DNA of 32,000 nt from Methylorubrum extorquens (GTDB lineage Bacteria > Pseudomonadota > Alphaproteobacteria > Rhizobiales > Beijerinckiaceae). Of this stretch, positions 1 through 12,045 are shown one piece after another. The notes under the pieces were generated by a model. It made no database searches, was not told the origin of the DNA, and saw only the letters and a list, made by a program, of their open reading frames with translations. Made by a program: the position numbers and the translations under genes. Numbering within the stretch: position 1 is the first letter of the stretch; each line of letters begins with the position of its first letter. The stretch lies in assembly GCA_900234795.1 (NCBI GenBank), contig LT962688.1, forward strand, positions 2,340,001-2,372,000. Reading direction: 5' to 3'.

Positions 1-1
1 C

Positions 2-847
2 GATTACCTGCTCCATGCCGCCGCCTTCGCGCCCGGCAGCGCCATGGAGGGCGTCGGCATCTCGTTTGCCACCGACCGGCCCGGCGGCTTCTCGCAAGCG
101 GAGCAGGCGGTGGTCGCCGGACTCGTGCCGGTGATCGCCCTGGTGACGGCCAAGCTCAGCCTGTCGCACGCGATTCGCGAGATGCTCGACACCTATCTCG
201 GCCCGGCGACGGGGGCGCGGGTGCTTGCGGGCGAGATGCGGCGCGGGCAGAGCACGGTGGTCCATGCCGCGATCCTGCTCGCGGACCTGCGCGGCTTCAC
301 CACCGTGGCGGACCGTGACGACCCGCTGAAGGTGGTGGGCTGGCTCGACGAGCATTTCGATGCGCTCGGCGAGCCGGTGCAGCGCCATGGCGGCGAGATC
401 TCGAAATTTCTCGGCGACGGCTTTCTCGCCGTCTTCCCCGTGGCCGAGCCGGACGCTCTCACCTGCCCGGCCTGTACGGGGGCGCTCGATGCGGCGCGCG
501 AGGCGCTGGCGCGCAACGACCGGCTGAACGCATCCCGCCGCCAGGATGGGCTGCCGTCGCTGGAGGCGGACATCGTGCTGCATTACGGGCGCGTCGTCTC
601 CGGCAATGTCGGCACCGACCGGCGCCTCGACTTCACGGTGATCGGCCGGGCGGTCAACGAGGCGAGCCGGATCGAGCGGCTCTGCGACGAGTTGGAGCGC
701 TCGCTGCTCCTCTCCGACGCCTTCGCCCGGCGTTGCGGGGCAGCGCTCGTCCCGGTCGGCGAGTTCGCCCTGCGCGGCGTCGGGCGCAAGCAGCGGATCT
801 GGGGGTTGGCCCCGGAATCGGACGGTCTATCGGACGGGGTGGCGTGA
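2..847 (+). CDS. Class III adenylate/guanylate cyclase, C-terminal catalytic domain; the 5' end lies upstream of the window
   Basis: The frame is open from nt 2 (DYLLHAAAFAPGSAMEG...). Cyclase motifs are present: ILLADLRGFTTVAD, ISKFLGDGFLAVF, HYGRVVSGNVGTDRRLDFTVIGRAVNEASRIE. TGA at 845-847. Confidence 0.85.
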   Translation, partial: DYLLHAAAFAPGSAMEGVGISFATDRPGGFSQAEQAVVAGLVPVIALVTAKLSLSHAIREMLDTYLGPATGARVLAGEMRRGQSTVVHAAILLADLRGFTTVADRDDPLKVVGWLDEHFDALGEPVQRHGGEISKFLGDGFLAVFPVAEPDALTCPACTGALDAAREALARNDRLNASRRQDGLPSLEADIVLHYGRVVSGNVGTDRRLDFTVIGRAVNEASRIERLCDELERSLLLSDAFARRCGAALVPVGEFALRGVGRKQRIWGLAPESDGLSDGVA

Positions 848-889
848 GGCGGAGCGCCCGAGCCCGCCCGGAGCGAGGCGACGGGCAGG

Positions 890-2899
890 TCACGAGCGCA
901 GGCTGAGGCCGATTCCCTGCCGGTCGGAGAGCGGTGCGACGCCCGTCGGCGCGGCGGCGCGTTCCAGCGGCACACCGGCCTTCTGGAGGTAGTCCACCAC
1001 CGCGAGCGCCCGTGCCCGCGCGAGATCGGCGCCGACATCCGCCCGCTCGGCCTCGTTCTTCTCGGGCTTCGGTTCGGACTTCGCTTCGGGCTTTTGTTCG
1101 GATTTGGACGCCTCCTGCTTCGTCTCGGCTTTGGCCTTGCCCTTGTTGGCCTTCGCGTCCTTCTTGGTGTCCGCCTTGGCGGGCTTGGGTGCCGTCTCCT
1201 TCGCGGCCTCGTCGGCGACCGGGTCGGCTTGGGTCTCGGGCTTCACGCCCGCCGGGTCGAGATGACCCACAACCTCGATCCGCTCCGCCGGACAGGCGCG
1301 TGCCAGCGCCGCCACCGCGTCGAGCACCGGGTAGAACTCGGGCGCGAGCGCCGTGCTCCCTGGGGCAAAGCGCAGGGTATGCCCGGCCGTGCGCTCGGCG
1401 AGGCGCTGTCGGCACGGGCCCATCTCGGCCGCCGCCGAGGGGGCCGCGTCCGAGGTGACGGCGACCGTGGCGTTCCAGCCCGCCGGCATCGCCTTCGGCA
1501 GGGATTGAGCGAGGCGGGCGGCGCTCTCGGGATAGAGACTGGTGCCGGTCAGGCGCAGGCTGGTGTCGGTGATCGTCAGCTCCCCGCTCGCCAGCGTCGA
1601 GAGCGGATCGACCGCCGCCGCAAGCGCCGCGCCCAGAGCGGCCGGCGCACCGTCGGCCAGCCGCGTGCGATCGTGGATCGATTCGCGGAAGAAACGCGGG
1701 TTGAGCCGGGCGAGCAGCGCCTCACGCGTCGCCCGATCCGGCAGATGGCCGCTCACCGTGACGCTGTCGCTGCCGCGGCGGATGCGCAGGACGTAGGGGA
1801 CGATGGGACGGGCGGAGAGGGCCCCACGGCCCGCGGCGATTCCGGGGGGCCGGGCGTCGCGCATCAGCGTCTGTGCCTCGGCGACCGCGCCGGCATCCAG
1901 CGCATTGCCCTCGACCGAGACCGCGTCGCCCTCGAAGCTGACGCGCCCCTCGTGCAGGAGGCCCGCGAGCTGGAACACGAAGCGCGCCAGGGCCGGGCCG
2001 TCGATGCCCGGCGGCAGGCCGCGGGCGTCGCGCAGGCGATCATCGACGGCCGCCCCTTCCGCGGCCTCCGCGGCGGCGGCCCGGATCTCTTCGCGGGCGC
2101 TTTCCGAGGCGACGTGGCCGTTCAGTTCGAGGCTGCCGTCCGGCCGGCGGGAGACACCGAACCGGAAGTCGCCGACGACCGGCGGCGTGATTTCGATCGT
2201 GCCGAGGGTGTAGCCCTGCGGCGGGGTTGCCAGCGCCGTGCGCAGGGCATCGTAGGCGGCCAGACTCGCCGCTTCGCCGCGAATCGAGATGACGGTGTCG
2301 TTGAGCGTGGCGACGGCGCCGGTGGTGAGATCCTGAAGCCGCTCCACGGCGAAGGCTGCGGCATCGGGGAAGTCGCGCGGTGCGCCCCGCGCGGCCCGGG
2401 CGTTGTCGCTCAGGGTGGCATCACGCGGCAGGGCCGGCTTCAGGCGCTGGGCCAATTCGAAGGCACCGACCTCGGCCGGCCGGCTGCCGGTGGCTTCGAC
2501 GCGGCCGGCGGCGGGGCGCTCCACCGACCAGACGAAGGGGGAAACTTCCTCGACCACGCCGGTCCGGTCAGTGAGGCGGCGGATGCCATCGATGGCGGCG
2601 AGCCGGCCGACGGCTGCCTCGCGCTGGGACGCCTCCGGCGCTTCGCCCGTCGCCGTCAGGTCGCGGCCCGCCACCGAAACCCGCAGCCAGGGCTCGGGCT
2701 GCCCCTCTCCGGTCGCGGCGGCGATCGCCGTCGCCTCCCGCTCGAGGCGTTCCGTGACGCGCAGCATGCCGAAATAAGCCGCTGCGGCGATCACGGCGAG
2801 AAGCGGAAGGCCGGCGATCCAGCCGGCCCGAATCAGACGAGACCGGAGCGTGCGGCCGTGCGGCGGTATTTGCGAAGGCGTGGACGAAGGCATGGACAT
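890..2899 (-). CDS. OmpA-family envelope protein with an N-terminal TM anchor, about six BON-like repeats, and a C-terminal OmpA_C-like domain carrying a Lys/Glu/Pro/Ala-rich insert
   Basis: ATG at 2899 is preceded by GAGGAGG (7-nt spacer). Hydrophobic anchor AGWIAGLPLLAVIAAAAYF. Repeated modules of the type v-x-v-x-G-x-a-x-s-x-x-x-r (VSVAGRDLTATGEAPEASQREAAV, VISIRGEAASLAAYDALR, LELNGHVASESAREEIR, VTVSGHLPDRATREALL and others). C-terminus LRFAPGSTALAPEF...IEVVGHLD...ARARALAVVDYLQKAGV matches OmpA_C. Confidence 0.75.
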   Translation of the reverse strand: MSMPSSTPSQIPPHGRTLRSRLIRAGWIAGLPLLAVIAAAAYFGMLRVTERLEREATAIAAATGEGQPEPWLRVSVAGRDLTATGEAPEASQREAAVGRLAAIDGIRRLTDRTGVVEEVSPFVWSVERPAAGRVEATGSRPAEVGAFELAQRLKPALPRDATLSDNARAARGAPRDFPDAAAFAVERLQDLTTGAVATLNDTVISIRGEAASLAAYDALRTALATPPQGYTLGTIEITPPVVGDFRFGVSRRPDGSLELNGHVASESAREEIRAAAAEAAEGAAVDDRLRDARGLPPGIDGPALARFVFQLAGLLHEGRVSFEGDAVSVEGNALDAGAVAEAQTLMRDARPPGIAAGRGALSARPIVPYVLRIRRGSDSVTVSGHLPDRATREALLARLNPRFFRESIHDRTRLADGAPAALGAALAAAVDPLSTLASGELTITDTSLRLTGTSLYPESAARLAQSLPKAMPAGWNATVAVTSDAAPSAAAEMGPCRQRLAERTAGHTLRFAPGSTALAPEFYPVLDAVAALARACPAERIEVVGHLDPAGVKPETQADPVADEAAKETAPKPAKADTKKDAKANKGKAKAETKQEASKSEQKPEAKSEPKPEKNEAERADVGADLARARALAVVDYLQKAGVPLERAAAPTGVAPLSDRQGIGLSLRS

Positions 2900-3032
2900 G
2901 GGCTCGACCTCCTCGGCGGCCGGCGATGATGGCCAGAAGACAGGCCCATCGGGGCGCTTTGAAGGCCGTGCCCGTCGCGCGCGCCGACGGCAGTGATTCG
3001 CACGGCCCGTGGGTCCGACCCGTCCCGGGCCA

Positions 3033-3060
3033 ACAAAAAACCCCGGCCGCGAGGCCGGGG
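3033..3060 (-). terminator. Rho-independent terminator downstream of the porin gene
   Basis: Read on the minus strand: CCCCGGCC-TCGC-GGCCGGGG (3041-3060) followed by TTTTTTGTTG (A-run 3034-3040 on plus). A second perfect 9-bp hairpin, GCCCCCCGC-GCGG-GCGGGGGGC at 3085-3106, lies directly after the porin stop. Confidence 0.7.
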
Positions 3061-3114
3061 TCTGGAAGGTGTTCGTCGTATCCAGCCCCCCGCGCGGGCG
3101 GGGGGCGGTTGGGC

Positions 3115-4776
3115 TCAGAAGTCGCGCTGCACGCGGAAGCGAGCCTGGAACACGTCTTCGCTGCTGACCGTGCGGGTCGGGATGTTGTTCACGAAGCCGC
3201 CCTTGTCGCTGTCGGAGACGCGACCGTTCTTAACGCCCGTTTTGATGTACTGGCCCTCGACGCCGATATCGAGATCCTTGACCGGCGACCAGATCAGGCT
3301 CGCGCCGGTGACGACCTGATAGGTGTCACGCAGGGCGGGGCTGAGGCTGTAGCCGACGGCGTTGGTGAGGTAGGACGGCGGTGCCACGGTCGAGGCCGCG
3401 CCGACCACCGAGTTCGCCTGGCTGACCGCCTGGCGGGCGCCCTGCGAGAACCAGATCTCACCGTAGCTGGCGTAGAAGGCCGAACGCCATTCCGGCGACC
3501 AGTAGTGGAGGTAGGACGCCACCGCCGTGAAGCTGTTGGACAGCTCGATGCGGCCGGTCAGCGGGTTGACGATCGCGTCGGAGAGGTACTGGTTGAACGG
3601 GTTGCCCGCGTAGACCGAGGCGTTGCTCAGGTAGCCGGCGGTGAAGCGGTTGATGCCGGTGTAGAACGAAGCACCCTCGCCGTAGGCGCCCTGGAGGTAG
3701 AGGCCGTCGCCGGGGGCGATGAAGGGCAGGTTGAACTTCATGCCGCCCTGGATCGCCCAGCCGTACTCCGTCTGCGCGCCGGCGTTGATGCCGCGCGCCG
3801 CCAGAGCCGCTGCCGTGTTGCCGGCGAGCGCGGCGCCCGTGCCGGGAACGCCGATCGACGAGCCAGCGATGAAGCCGCCGGTGTTGATGTCCTTGACGGC
3901 GGCCGAGAGCTGAGCCGAGCCCCAGGCGGCGTCGTAGCGCAGCGAGCCGACGAAATCGGGCAGGCGCGAGCGCTGGACGGCGTCGATGAAGGCCACGGCG
4001 GTGGCGTTACCGGCGGCGTTGGTCCCGAGGATGATCGGGGTCGGGGCCGTGGTGAACACGTTGTTCAGACCAGCCTGGCCGGGGACGAGGGCCGTGCTGC
4101 CGGCCGCGTCGGAGTAGAGCGGGTTCTTGCGGTAGTTCGGGTCTTCCATCGACAGCGTCACCGACCAGCCCTCACCGAACTTTTGGGTGTAGGCGAGCAG
4201 GTTGGTGGACGGCAGGTCGGAGCCCAGCGACGAGCCGATGATCTCGAAGTCGTGGGCGTAGAAGTCGAAGAACGAGGAGGCGCGACCGGCGGTCAGGCCG
4301 GCGAACTGCACGAACGCCTTGTCGACGTTGATGAAGTTCTGAACGCGGCCGAGCTGGTCCTGGCCGGTGCCGGAGAAGGCGTAGGCGCCGCGCAGGTTCG
4401 TGCCGGAGGAATACTTCGTGTTGCCGGTACGGCTTGCGGCGTCGAGGCGCAGGAAGGCGCGCAGGGTGCCGTAGCCGGTCTGGGTGCGGGCATCGAAGTT
4501 GAAGCGGGCAAGGCCCGTGAAGCCCGAGATATCGCCGCCGCCGGGGACGTTGCGATTGTCGGTGCCGATATAGCCGTACTCGGCGCGGGCGCGGCCGGAG
4601 ACACGCAGGCAGGTATCGGTGCCGGGAATGTAGAAGAAGCCGGCGCCGTAAGCGGTGCAGACGCGGACGTACTCGATCGGAACGGCCTTCTTCACCGGCA
4701 GGTCGGCGGCCTGAGCCCCACCCACGACGGCCAGCCCCGCTGCCGATCCAAGGAGAAGGCTCTTCACGAGCTTCAT
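3115..4776 (-). CDS. Outer-membrane porin (alphaproteobacterial Porin_2 / Omp2b-RopA-like family), 553 aa
   Basis: Start moved to ATG 4776 (MKLVKSLLLGSAAGLAVVGGAQA|ADLP, a clear signal peptide) with GGAGGG upstream. Family-typical N-terminus EYVRVCTAYGAGFFYIPGTDTCLRVSGRARAEY and C-terminal FQARFRVQRDF. Confidence 0.9.
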   Translation of the reverse strand: MKLVKSLLLGSAAGLAVVGGAQAADLPVKKAVPIEYVRVCTAYGAGFFYIPGTDTCLRVSGRARAEYGYIGTDNRNVPGGGDISGFTGLARFNFDARTQTGYGTLRAFLRLDAASRTGNTKYSSGTNLRGAYAFSGTGQDQLGRVQNFINVDKAFVQFAGLTAGRASSFFDFYAHDFEIIGSSLGSDLPSTNLLAYTQKFGEGWSVTLSMEDPNYRKNPLYSDAAGSTALVPGQAGLNNVFTTAPTPIILGTNAAGNATAVAFIDAVQRSRLPDFVGSLRYDAAWGSAQLSAAVKDINTGGFIAGSSIGVPGTGAALAGNTAAALAARGINAGAQTEYGWAIQGGMKFNLPFIAPGDGLYLQGAYGEGASFYTGINRFTAGYLSNASVYAGNPFNQYLSDAIVNPLTGRIELSNSFTAVASYLHYWSPEWRSAFYASYGEIWFSQGARQAVSQANSVVGAASTVAPPSYLTNAVGYSLSPALRDTYQVVTGASLIWSPVKDLDIGVEGQYIKTGVKNGRVSDSDKGGFVNNIPTRTVSSEDVFQARFRVQRDF

Positions 4777-5102
4777 GGTATACCCTCCAGAAGTTTCGAG
4801 ACCCACGGGATCGGACTTCTGTTTTGGCCGGGCGCCCACCATTCCGTGGTCGTTCCGGCTTGTCCTTTTTCCCTTGGAGCTTGGCCCTTCCCTTCCGGGT
4901 TATCGGCCAAGCCGCAGCGGGGTTATCCCGTCCGCAGCGGCACCATGAGCGAGCGTGGCCTTACGGGCAACAGAGATGACTGTCTTGGAGCTGACACAAA
5001 GCTGCTTCGCTGCACTCTGTTGCAGCATCGCAACTTAATCCCCGTCCGCTAGCAAAAGTTTTCCACGAATCGAGGCATCGTAGAAGGTCCGTCGAGGGAT
5101 GG

Positions 5103-6926
<1,824 letters not shown>

Positions 6927-7099
6927 GCCGGGCTTATGGCAGCAGCCGCACGCCGGAACAACGCAAGCGGGCCGGGCCTTCAAGGCGATCGCCGGAAAGC
7001 GATAGCCCTGATTGTTTGCCGGCCCCGGTCGTCGGCGCCCGCCTCCGCCGATTCAGGCTTTCGCGTCGCGCGGAGCCGGCGTTGCTTCGAGTGACGCGT

Positions 7100-7354
7100 T
7101 CAGGCGGTCGGGTTGGCCGGGCCGGTCGGGATCGAATCCGGCAGGCCGGGGCTCTCGACGGGAATCTCGGTCGGCGTGGTGCTGGGAGCCTCGGCGGGCG
7201 TTCCGCCGGGGATTTCAGGGCCGGGACCGGGCTCGGGGATCTGGGGCGAGTCAGGCGTTTCCGGTCCAGGCGTCTCGGGGCCGGGCACGGGAGTCTCCGG
7301 GATCGATCCGGGATTGGCCATAGGGGTCGAAGCCTCGCTGGCGGCGGGCACCAT
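7100..7354 (-). CDS. Hypothetical acidic proline-rich small protein (PETPGPETP / EIP repeats); coding status uncertain
   Basis: 84-codon ORF with about 80% G/C at codon position 3. No clear SD, signal peptide or hydrophobic segment. It lies in an otherwise gene-free 500-bp gap. Confidence 0.3.
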   Translation of the reverse strand: MVPAASEASTPMANPGSIPETPVPGPETPGPETPDSPQIPEPGPGPEIPGGTPAEAPSTTPTEIPVESPGLPDSIPTGPANPTA

Positions 7355-7428
7355 GCCGCCGTGTCACGCCAACGAGGCGTCGCCGGGCCGGTTCCCGTGG
7401 CCCGGTTCCCGCGACGTCCCGGCTCCGG

Positions 7429-7746
7429 CTACTTCTTGGTCAGGAGGAGCTTGTTGCCCTCCTTGCCGACGATCTTCTGGATCTTCTGGGCGAACATCGA
7501 GAGCAGCAGCGGCATGCGCACCTCGACGCGCACCACGTCCTGGCCGACATCGATCTGGCCGTCCACGGTCTGGGTCATGGCCGTGACCGAGTAGTCGAGC
7601 CGGTCACCGGTCCAGGCCAGGGTGTTGATGGCGATGCCACTCTTGCCGAGCGCCTCGCGCACGCGAACGGTGCCCTCGTCGATGCGCCGCCGGGCCTCGT
7701 CGCGGCCGAGTTCATGCGGAATCTCGACCACCATCGGCTTCGCCAT
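7429..7746 (-). CDS. Small protein resembling the putative polyhydroxyalkanoic acid system protein family (PHA_gran_rgn type)
   Basis: ATG 7746 with GAGGAG five nt upstream, 105 aa. The pattern HELGRDEARRRIDEG...L.W.GD.L.....A......G.I.V....VRVEV.MPLLL matches my memory of that family. No search was run. Confidence 0.6.
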   Translation of the reverse strand: MAKPMVVEIPHELGRDEARRRIDEGTVRVREALGKSGIAINTLAWTGDRLDYSVTAMTQTVDGQIDVGQDVVRVEVRMPLLLSMFAQKIQKIVGKEGNKLLLTKK

Positions 7747-7873
7747 CTCGGCTCCTCATCCCTTTGCAGCCCGGATCGAAAAGCGTTCCGGGCCTGCGCG
7801 TCATCGATTGAGACGAAGATGGGAAGGGGGCGGTTCCCCGGCAACGCCGGATGGAACGGAGGCGGTGTTCGCC

Positions 7874-8233
7874 TCAGCGCACCACGTTGAGCGAAACGTA
7901 GCTGACGCCCGACATGCCGATGGCGCGGGCCGAGCCACGGGCCAGATCGATCACCCGGCCGCCGATGAACGGGCCGCGATCGTTGATGCGCACCACGACC
8001 GAGCGGCCGTTGGACTGGTTCGTGACGCGGACGCGGGTGCCGAAGGGCAGGCTACGGTGGGCGGCGGTGTAGCCGTTGGGGTTGAACCGCTCCCCATTGG
8101 CCGTCTTCTTGCCGCTTCCGTACCAGGAGGCCCGGCCACCCTGGGCCTGGGCGGGCAGCGCCGAGAGGGCGCCGATGACGGTGGCGAGGCAGACGGCAGC
8201 GGTCCGGATAGAAACCTTCATCGAGGATCGCAT
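7874..8233 (-). CDS. RlpA-like double-psi beta-barrel (septal ring lytic transglycosylase RlpA family) lipoprotein or secreted protein
   Basis: Signal peptide [26 protein letters not shown], then the DPBB core [53 protein letters not shown]. Alternative start at ATG 8221. Confidence 0.85.
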   Translation of the reverse strand: MRSSMKVSIRTAAVCLATVIGALSALPAQAQGGRASWYGSGKKTANGERFNPNGYTAAHRSLPFGTRVRVTNQSNGRSVVVRINDRGPFIGGRVIDLARGSARAIGMSGVSYVSLNVVR

Positions 8234-8638
8234 TCCCTTGTTTTTGCGGCGTGTTGTGAGCGCCGCGGAAAATGAGCCCGATCCCGGCTAAAATAAGACC
8301 GGGATTTTGCGCCGCGGCATGAGCCCAGGATCAGACTATCGAGCGCGGTTTCGGGGTTTCCCGTCGCGGCAAGCATTGATTACTTGGCTCGACGCGTGCG
8401 CTCGGTCTCTCGATATCCACAAAACTTGTCGCGAAAGAATTCAGCGCCGCTCCGCACGCGGCCGGGAAAGCCTTGACAAAGCTTCGGGCGCGCTTGCCCG
8501 AGCGGCACCGCAGCCTTGCATTTGATGCATGGCGAGACCCGGCAAAAACTGCCGCCCCATATCGAGACGCAACCGTACGGCGACGGCAAACGCGACCTTT
8601 ACCGTGATCGGGCCATGGTCCGGTTGTCAGTCGCGTAA

Positions 8639-9847
<1,209 letters not shown>

Positions 9848-9886
9848 CGCTCGTCGCGGTTTCGAAAGGACGAGTCCTTTCACGGG

Positions 9887-9912
9887 TGCAGGGCAGAGCC
9901 CTGCATCTTTTT
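9887..9912 (+). terminator. Rho-independent terminator of ccrM, in the convergent gap with mutY
   Basis: TGCAGGGC-AGA-GCCCTGCA (9887-9905) followed by TCTTTTT. A second hairpin GAAAGGAC..GTCCTTTC lies at 9864-9881. The T-run overlaps the mutY stop codon (9911-9913). Confidence 0.75.
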
Positions 9913-11125
9913 ATCGTGTCCGAACCGGCTTCGGTGCCTTCTTCACGATCCGCGCCAGATCCGACGGCCGCGACGAGGCGAGCTTCGGGATCGGCCCACG
10001 CCGCGGCGGCGGCTCGGGTTCCGGGATCGTGGCGAGATCGGGTTCGCGGACCGGAACCGGCTTCGGCGCCACCACGGGCACCGGGCCGGTGAGCGCGTGG
10101 GCGAGCACCTTCTTCATTGCACCCGGCAACGGCTCGGTCTCGAGCGCGTCGCGGGGGGTGAAGCGCATGCCCTCCGGCGGCTTCGTGTCCGCCGCGACGC
10201 GGGCGAGAAACACCGTCAGTTCGAGCGGGAAATGGGTGAAGCCGTGCTTCACCACGCCGGGCAGGCGCTTCCAGCGGGCATCGAGCGGCGCGTCGAGCAG
10301 GCCCTTGGCCGGATCATAATCGGGCAGCCACTCGCTCGTCGGCGGTTCGGCCATGGCGCCGAGCAGGCCTTCCGGCGGCCGCGTGCGTAGCAGAACCGCC
10401 TCGTCGCCGGCCCGCAGCGCGACGAAGGCCGCGCCCTTTCGCAAGATCCCCTTCTCCTTCTTCACTTTACGCGGAAACGTCTCTTGCAAACCCTCGGCGC
10501 GGGCGCGGCAGGGCAGCATCCAGGGGCAGAGGGCGCAGGCCGGGCGCTTCGGGGTGCATAGTGTCGCGCCGAGATCCATCAGCGCCTGCGCGAAGTCGCC
10601 CGGCCGCCGGTCCGGCACAAGGGCCTGCGTGAACAGGCGAATCTGGGCGCGGGCGGCGGGAAGCGGCGTCTCGATGGCGTGGAGACGGCTCATCACCCGC
10701 TCGACATTGCCATCGACCGCCGCCGCCGGCCGGTCGAAGGCGATCGCGGCGATGGCGCCGGCCGTGTAGGCGCCGATGCCGGGCAGCTTGCGCAGGCCGT
10801 CTTCGGTGTCGGGAAACCCGCCGGCGCTCGCGACCGATTTGGCGCAGGCATGCAGGTTGCGGGCGCGGGAATAGTAGCCAAGCCCGGCCCAGGCCGCCAT
10901 CACCGCCTCTTCCGGCGCGGCCGCGAGCGCCGCGACGCTGGGAAACAGCGTCAGGAATTTTTCGAAGTAGGGTTTGACCGCCGTGACGGTGGTCTGCTGC
11001 AGCATCACTTCCGAGAGCCAGACCCGGTAAGGGTCGGGTGTCTCACCCGGCAGCGCCCGCCAAGGCAGTGCCCGGCGGTGGCGGTCGTACCAAGTGAGGA
11101 GGTCGGCGGCCGAGGCGGCGGGCAT
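9911..11125 (-). CDS. mutY: A/G-specific adenine DNA glycosylase MutY
   Basis: Start moved to ATG 11125 (MPAASAADLLTWYDRHRRALPWR...YRVWLSEVMLQQTTV). HhH-GPD region and a 4Fe-4S loop CTPKRPACALCPWMLPC. NUDIX-like C-terminal domain plus a Pro/Lys-rich tail. The upstream 149 codons of the track ORF are non-coding-like. Confidence 0.9.
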   Translation of the reverse strand: MPAASAADLLTWYDRHRRALPWRALPGETPDPYRVWLSEVMLQQTTVTAVKPYFEKFLTLFPSVAALAAAPEEAVMAAWAGLGYYSRARNLHACAKSVASAGGFPDTEDGLRKLPGIGAYTAGAIAAIAFDRPAAAVDGNVERVMSRLHAIETPLPAARAQIRLFTQALVPDRRPGDFAQALMDLGATLCTPKRPACALCPWMLPCRARAEGLQETFPRKVKKEKGILRKGAAFVALRAGDEAVLLRTRPPEGLLGAMAEPPTSEWLPDYDPAKGLLDAPLDARWKRLPGVVKHGFTHFPLELTVFLARVAADTKPPEGMRFTPRDALETEPLPGAMKKVLAHALTGPVPVVAPKPVPVREPDLATIPEPEPPPRRGPIPKLASSRPSDLARIVKKAPKPVRTR

Positions 11126-11294
11126 GGCCCGTCCATAGCGGGAGCGCGGCTGCGAAAACAGCGCCTTGCCGAAATGTGACGCGGCGGCGTCCTCGCTCCC
11201 TCGTGCGGCGCTCCCGACTCCCGTGCCGGCCGCAATTCGGGTAGGTTGTGAATGGGGCGCGTCCGTTATGCGGCCCTTGTGTTCCGGAGTGCCG

Positions 11295-11771
11295 ATGGCG
11301 CGCGTCAAACCGCTGAGCGAACTGATCGAGGGCTGCATCGGCCCGGCCTTCGCCGCGCAGGGCTTCGCCTCCTCCGACATTCTCGCCGCGTGGCCGGACA
11401 TCGTCGGCGCGCGGCTCTCCGAGGCCTGCCAGCCGGTCAAGCTCGAATGGCCGCGCCGGGCCCGCCGCGATGCGGAGGGCCGGCCGGAGCCCGGCACCCT
11501 GGTGGTGCGGGTCGAGGGTGCCTTCGCCCTCGAACTCCAGCATCTCGCGCCGATCGTGATCCAGCGCGTCAACGCGCATTACGGCTGGGCCTGTATCGGC
11601 AAGATCGTCATGCGCCAGGACCGCGTGCACCGGGCCACACGCCGCGCCCCGCAGAAAGACCTCGACCCGGCGCGGCGCGGCGAGGTGGCGCTGGCGGTGG
11701 CGCGCATCGAGGAGGAGCGGCTGCGCGACGCCCTCGACCGACTCGGCATCGCCGTGGTTGCGCGGCGATAG
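11295..11771 (+). CDS. DUF721 / DciA-like protein (candidate replicative helicase operator)
   Basis: ATG 11295 with GGAG six nt upstream. MARVKPLSELIEGCIGPAFAAQGFASSDILAAWPDIVGARLSE...LVVRVEGAFALELQHLAPIVIQRVNAHYGW is the typical DUF721 layout. Divergent from mutY. Confidence 0.75.
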   Translation: MARVKPLSELIEGCIGPAFAAQGFASSDILAAWPDIVGARLSEACQPVKLEWPRRARRDAEGRPEPGTLVVRVEGAFALELQHLAPIVIQRVNAHYGWACIGKIVMRQDRVHRATRRAPQKDLDPARRGEVALAVARIEEERLRDALDRLGIAVVARR

Positions 11772-12045
11772 CGACGCGGGCCGGAGCCTCGTGCGGGAGA
11801 CTTGATCCGGGACGAGGCTCGGGACTCTCGCTGTGACATCCTCTTTTTGCCGAAAGCCGGCACCACCTTTCGGGCCGATGCTTTGGCGGCGCATCAACGC
11901 AAGGACGTGCGGGCGGCGGCGCGGCGTGATAAGCGGCTCGCGAAAGGCCGTGCGGCGACGCGTCCCCCGGCCGGACGGAGCCGTTCCGTCCTATCCTGCG
12001 CGGTATCGGGCCGAATGCGGCCCGCGAACGGAGCCCGCCCCTGCC

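Noticed and set aside
7812-7837. An EcfG-type general-stress promoter-like motif, GGAAC-N17-CGTC, on the minus strand upstream of the PHA-system-like gene.
   Set aside because: It has one mismatch to CGTT. A rough composition-based estimate gives about one such match per 32 kb on two strands by chance.
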